Assembly (NCBI GenBank): GCA_004431415.1
Contig: QPMI01000544.1
Span: forward strand, 1-64,000
Origin: Cyanophora paradoxa CCMP329
Taxonomy: Eukaryota > Plantae > Glaucophyta
Direction of reading: 5' to 3'
Length of the DNA: 64,000 nucleotides
The notes under the pieces were generated by a model. That model searched no databases. It had not been told where the DNA came from and was given only the letters and a program-made list of their open reading frames with translations. Of the stretch, positions 59,200-64,000 are shown one piece after another. The first letter of the stretch is position 1, and every line of letters begins with the position of its first letter. The position numbers and the translations under genes were made by a program.

Positions 59200-61140
59200 G
59201 CGCTAGCTCAGAACGCGGCTGCTGTGCCGCAGTACCGAACGTTAACTTGAAAGCTTGAACTTCGGAAAGCCTTGAAGCTAGCTATATATAGAAGCCTTGA
59301 AGGCTTCGAGCTCGAGTTCGGATTCTGACTTCGGAAGCTCCGAGGCTCACGTACACGGCCGGGACGGGGGGCCGCGGACCGTGGCACTGGGGTCCACTGT
59401 GGGGGCCAGTAGGCGCGCCGCCAGCTGCAGTGCCCGCCATGGCCAGTGGCCAGTGGCCAGTGGCCACTGCCAGGCTGGGGCGCCAGTGTCCGGCGGCCGC
59501 GCCCGGCCACGCCGCCACGCACCGTGAGTGACGCACGGCACCGTGCACGTGGCCCGTGGGTCCGTGACGAGCCCGGCGAGTCACAGACTCGCAGAGTCAG
59601 GCCGACCCAGGCGGACTCTGCCAGTCTGGCCGCGGGCTGGGCCGCCTGCCAGGCTGGGCGGGCCATAACTTACTAAGTTAAGCTTGCCGGTGGTACTACG
59701 TATACGGTATACAGTACTAGTATACTAGCTAAAGGCTACTACTTGAAAGGCTAGTACAGTATAATTATATAATTCATTACGCCGTGACGATCGCGAGGCG
59801 AGCCTCGAGCTCGGAGTGACCGCGACTCCGCGAGTCATCAATGACTCATCATCAGAGTTGACAGAGTAATGTGATCACCGTGGCACTGATCAGTGATCAT
59901 GAGTCTGACACTCTGAGTGAGTCACGTCCCGGAGTCCGACGGTCCGACGGTCGACTTCACTGAGTCAAGGCCGAGTTTCGCGCAACGTCAACTTGGCAAG
60001 CTTTCAAGTTTAAGCCTTGAAGTTGGCGGCGCAGTACTAGTACTAGTGCGGCCACGGTGCTCTCTCCTGAGTCTCTAGTAGTACTGTAGGACGGCTTAAA
60101 TTGCCGTAGTTTTAAATTGCCGTAAAGTTTTTTTTTGAGAGACTACGGTGGGGCGAACCCCCCGTAGGTAGTGATATTAAGGACAACAAAGCAATCACAA
60201 ATTGCCGTAAATTGCCGAGAGGCTGAATTCGGCTACTCTCTAGTACCCCTAAGAATTCTCGGCTTTACAGACGAGAAATATTCATTAATACATATTTGTG
60301 TTTCACGTTTTTGCATATATAATAATTGGTAGAGGCGCGCGGCGCCACCGTGGCACGCGCATCATCGGCGGCGATTCGGCGCATGCATGCGATCATGATC
60401 ATTCAAATGACGCACTGACTCAGTCATTATTGCTATGATGCTGGTCCATTGCTGGATTGATGCATGAAATGCCATGAATGGGCCATTGGGCGGCGGATGG
60501 CGCCGCATGTGCAATTTTTACTACCGTGTAGCCTGCGGTGTAGGGAGTCTACCGTAGTACCGGTCGGGACTCTAGGGAGTCAGCCCGGCGGCCTGGCAGG
60601 GAGTCAGGGACGCGCCGCGCCGGCCCGCGCGCGCGGTGCGGCAAATCACTGAGTCTGACGGTCATTTGCTGAGAAGTTGCCAAGTTGATTTGGTCCCCGC
60701 CGAGTCGGCGCCGAGTCGCCGCCGAGTAATACGCCGGCGCCGACTCCCCGGGCCCCGGCGCCGCCGGGCCGGCGGGCTGGTCCAGACTGTACTACGGTAG
60801 CTACCGGTAGCTATCATAGTATATAGTACAGACTGCTGTACAGCAGTACAACGGACTCTAGTACGGTACCGGCCCGGCGGTACTACGGTAGTAGTACCGT
60901 AGTACGGACTCCGGGACTCCCGGACCGGGGGTCGTAGACTCGTACGCGTAGAATCGTAGTAGTGTCATGATCACATGTACAGTATACATGACACTATAGC
61001 TACCGCCGGCCGTACTACGGTAGTACTACATGTACAAAACTACGTCATGTAGTACGGACCCTACGGACCGGCTACGTTAAAGGGTACCACTGTACAACTA
61101 GTACCACTAGCTAGCCTAGTAGCGGCTAGTACTAGGGTAA
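59200..61140. other. Non-coding tract saturated with short palindromes and local duplications
   Basis: Dense AGTACT, CTAG, GA(G/C)TC, TACCGGTA, GGCCAGTGGCC, AAATTGCCG repeats; no credible ORF. Confidence 0.75.
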
Positions 61141-62656
61141 TAGCCTGCATGCGCAGGCTGCAGGCTCAGCGGCTGCAGCCACCGCGGGCCGCGGCGCGAA
61201 TGGAGCTCAGCGGCTGCCTCCGCTGGAGATTTAGAGTTGGGGTCACGATCTGGGCTGCCCGGCAGCCCTGCCAGGCTGCTGGGACTTGCAGGCGTCGGCG
61301 AGGCCTCCGCCGTCGCCGTGCTCGCGGCACAAGCCCGCACGGTCGCTGCGATCGGTCCCAGCCTCCTCCCCGGGCCCGGTACCGGTGCGCTCCCTGCGCA
61401 TCTCCGGTGGCTCCAGCGCTAGCGCCGACCCCATGGCCACCTCGTCGTCCTCGCCGCCCGCCGCCTCGGCTGGCCCGCCCCGGACCCGCGCGTGCTCCCC
61501 TGCCCTCTCCTCGAGCCCGCCGTTGGTCGCCGCCCTCCCCAAGATCTAGAGCGCCGGCAGAGCGACGCAGCCGGGGGCGGGGCGGTGGCGGGACGTGTCC
61601 GACGACGCGCTCGTGGCCCTCCGGAGCGTCCCCACGGCCCTTTGTCTCCGTCTAGGATCGCTGAGGCATGTCTCTCTCCTGGCGGGCGGCGGCAGGGACG
61701 CGGGGGCGGGGGAGGCGGCCGACGGGCCCGGCGAGCCGCAAGATGCCCCGTACGCCCCCGTCCCCTGCCCCCCCCTACTCCCCCCCCCCCCCCCCCCCCA
61801 TCTCTTGAGCGCTCGCCGAGGGCCGCCCCGCGCGGCGGCAGGGGCCCGGAGCAGCCGGAGGAGGAGGGCGCACCGCCGTCCAAGCGCCGATGAAGGGAGG
61901 CGGCCGCGGACGGGGGTACGGATAGTCCAGATCCGGCGCGGCGGGCGCCAGACGGGGTGCGATCGAGGACGAGGAGGCGGCGGGGTGATGCGGGGCGGGG
62001 GAGGGGGAGGGGCAGGAGCGCGGCCGGGGCGGACCGGCTGCGGGCCCTCTGGCCCAGTGGGCGCGTACGCGTACGCCGGTAGCGGCGTCGGATTTCGTTT
62101 TCCTCTTTCGAGACGTCGTTTCCTCGGATAGGGCCCCTCTCGTTCACAGGCTAGGTGCTGGCCCGCAGCGGGGCCCCCGAGCGAGGGCTCGGTTCCTGTG
62201 CGCCTTCATTGAATGTCTCAATAATGCATGACGTCGACACGAGATGCGCAGACACGGCCCCTTTCATTTGCGACACTGTAGCCGTTATGATTTGCATGAA
62301 GCTGTACAATTTCTTTGTTTCGGATGTATGATATTCGCGCGCGCCTGCTCATCTATACTTCTACATGAATCTTCTACTAGGCTAGTCAGTCGACGTCAGG
62401 GGGCCTTTTCTTCTGCTTTCAATTTCGCATGCTACGAGGTACATTTCACGGTTCTCGTGCTGCAAAAGCCTCAACTTTCGCGCCTTTTCAGGGAACCGTA
62501 GTAGTACAGCATAGCAGTGATACCGTTGCCGTTGCAGCGCCAAAGCCAGTCTCCGGCCCGAGGCTCTCGAGCTCTTTTTCGCGAATGAATACCGTAGTAT
62601 TAAATTTATCCGAATGCAGAGACGAGTTGCAGCCTCTCATTTTTCCGTTTCTGCAG

Positions 62657-63253
62657 CTAGCCCGTAGGGAGGCAGTCGTCCGCCGACTGGAAGCGGAGGC
62701 CGGCATCGCGGGCCGCCTCTGCGAGTTTCTGCATGCACGCCACCTTGCGCGCGAGGCCTCCCGAGGCCTTTTTAACCCTCATCTCGCACACGCGGGCCGA
62801 TGCCGCGTCCTTGAACCCGTAGGCGACCGCGACGAGGCGCCACGGGCCCCTGCCGCGGCAGAACGAGTTCTTGATCGAGCCCGTAAAGTGCTCGTGAAGG
62901 CGGCGCTTCAGGTTGGTGGTGGAGCCCGTGTAGCTGACCTTGCCATTCTCCAATATGTACACGGCGGGGCTCGACCCCACGAGAACGACGAGGGGGTCCT
63001 CCGCGAGCTCGAGGGCAGAGGGGGAGCTCGCGCTCGCCGGGGCTGCGGCCGTCGGCGATGCTGCAGAGCGCGTGGCGCGCACGTGATCGAGCACGGCGCA
63101 CGCAGCTCGCTCCGTCTGCGTCGGCGTCGACGTCGACGTCGCGATCGGCGGCAGCGGCAAGCTTAAGCCGCCGGAAGCGGGCGTATGCACGGTCTCGAGT
63201 TCGAGGCTTGCTTCGAGATCCGCCCCATCGCGATCGCCTGCAGCAGGATCCAT
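62657..63253 (-). CDS. SLX1-like GIY-YIG endonuclease, intronless
   Basis: AVYILENGKVSYTGSTTNLKRRLHEH...RGRGPWRLVAVAYGFKDAASARVCEMRVKK retains the Tyr, Tyr, Arg, His and Glu pattern. Confidence 0.85.
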   Translation of the reverse strand: MDPAAGDRDGADLEASLELETVHTPASGGLSLPLPPIATSTSTPTQTERAACAVLDHVRATRSAASPTAAAPASASSPSALELAEDPLVVLVGSSPAVYILENGKVSYTGSTTNLKRRLHEHFTGSIKNSFCRGRGPWRLVAVAYGFKDAASARVCEMRVKKASGGLARKVACMQKLAEAARDAGLRFQSADDCLPTG

Positions 63254-64000
63254 AGATACCTATTTATCTATTAATATTGCCAAGAACCAGAGACGATGAG
63301 CCCTGCCCCGGCAATTTGTTTTTATTTATGTGTCCGGCCGGCCAGGCCCTCAATGGCCCAGCCCGCCAGCTGACCCCCGGCGATATGATGGCGATATCGA
63401 TGTCGATCCTTAGGGCCTGTGCCGGTGTGATCGCGGTCTTTTAATCGAGAGCACGCCGCGCCAAGCTTAAGCCTGAATCGGTACTCGGGACGGGAATTTC
63501 GATAAGGTTCTTCGCCATACATGTCCAACCGAAATTCTAGCGGAGCACAGCAAACGATTGGCGCGAAACTGAGCACGTCTGAAGTGCAGTTTAGAGCAAT
63601 CTAGAGCAGGGAGATTTTGGGTTTCGCGCCAATGTCTCGCCGTGCAGAAGTTGGCCTCGGGGGTCGCTGCGCCCCGGCCCCCTCTTCAGCCCTCGACAGC
63701 GCAAGGCAGCTCAAGGCCCGCCCAGGCCCCCCCGCTCCCCCCAACTGCCCTTCCCGGGACTCGAACGCTGGGGCAATAAGACGCCGGCCGGGCGCGCTGC
63801 TAGCTCGGCTAGCTCGCCGCGAAACTGGCCTTTTCCTCGTCGCTTTTGTATGGCCATACATCTAGGAAAATTTCGTACCGCATCCGCACGAAACTGAGCC
63901 TTATTCTAGCATCAAGATGCATACTAGCTAGTATTAAACGCTTCAGTTTCTCGCCAATCGCTTTCCATTATTTTATCCAGCCAAATCGACCAGACAATCC

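Noticed and set aside
1-64000. tRNA or rRNA genes
   Set aside because: None recognised by eye; a covariance-model scan would be needed to exclude them.

Overview
Eukaryotic, GC-rich DNA; the organism cannot be identified from this window. It begins with the spliced 3' end of a CenH3-like histone gene and then reads as a virus/mobile-element-derived, partly decayed region. The key structure is a ~10.5 kb replication cassette (19.0-29.4 kb) with an intact circovirus-type CRESS Rep, a ~2000-aa AEP primase + Zn + UL9/origin-binding-type SF2 helicase fusion, a RING protein and a degenerate D5-like SF3 helicase. A composite site occurs four times (0.7, 12.5, 16.9 inverted, 29.5 kb), and the last two copies bracket the cassette. 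Each site has a direct-repeat array of a 28-bp motif, an AT-richer core, and a second array of the same motif in opposite orientation, resembling a replication origin or element terminus. Other cargo typical of large DNA viruses includes three TFIIB-like copies, two SLX1-like GIY-YIG genes, and F-box, RING and ankyrin genes. There are also several 110-125 bp tandem arrays, a spliced AAA+ ATPase, pervasive short inverted micro-insertions, and a ~1.9 kb palindrome-saturated tract. No capsid, integrase, transposase or polB gene was recognised. Several frameshifts may be consensus errors. All protein calls rest on motif recognition by eye, and repeat boundaries are approximate.
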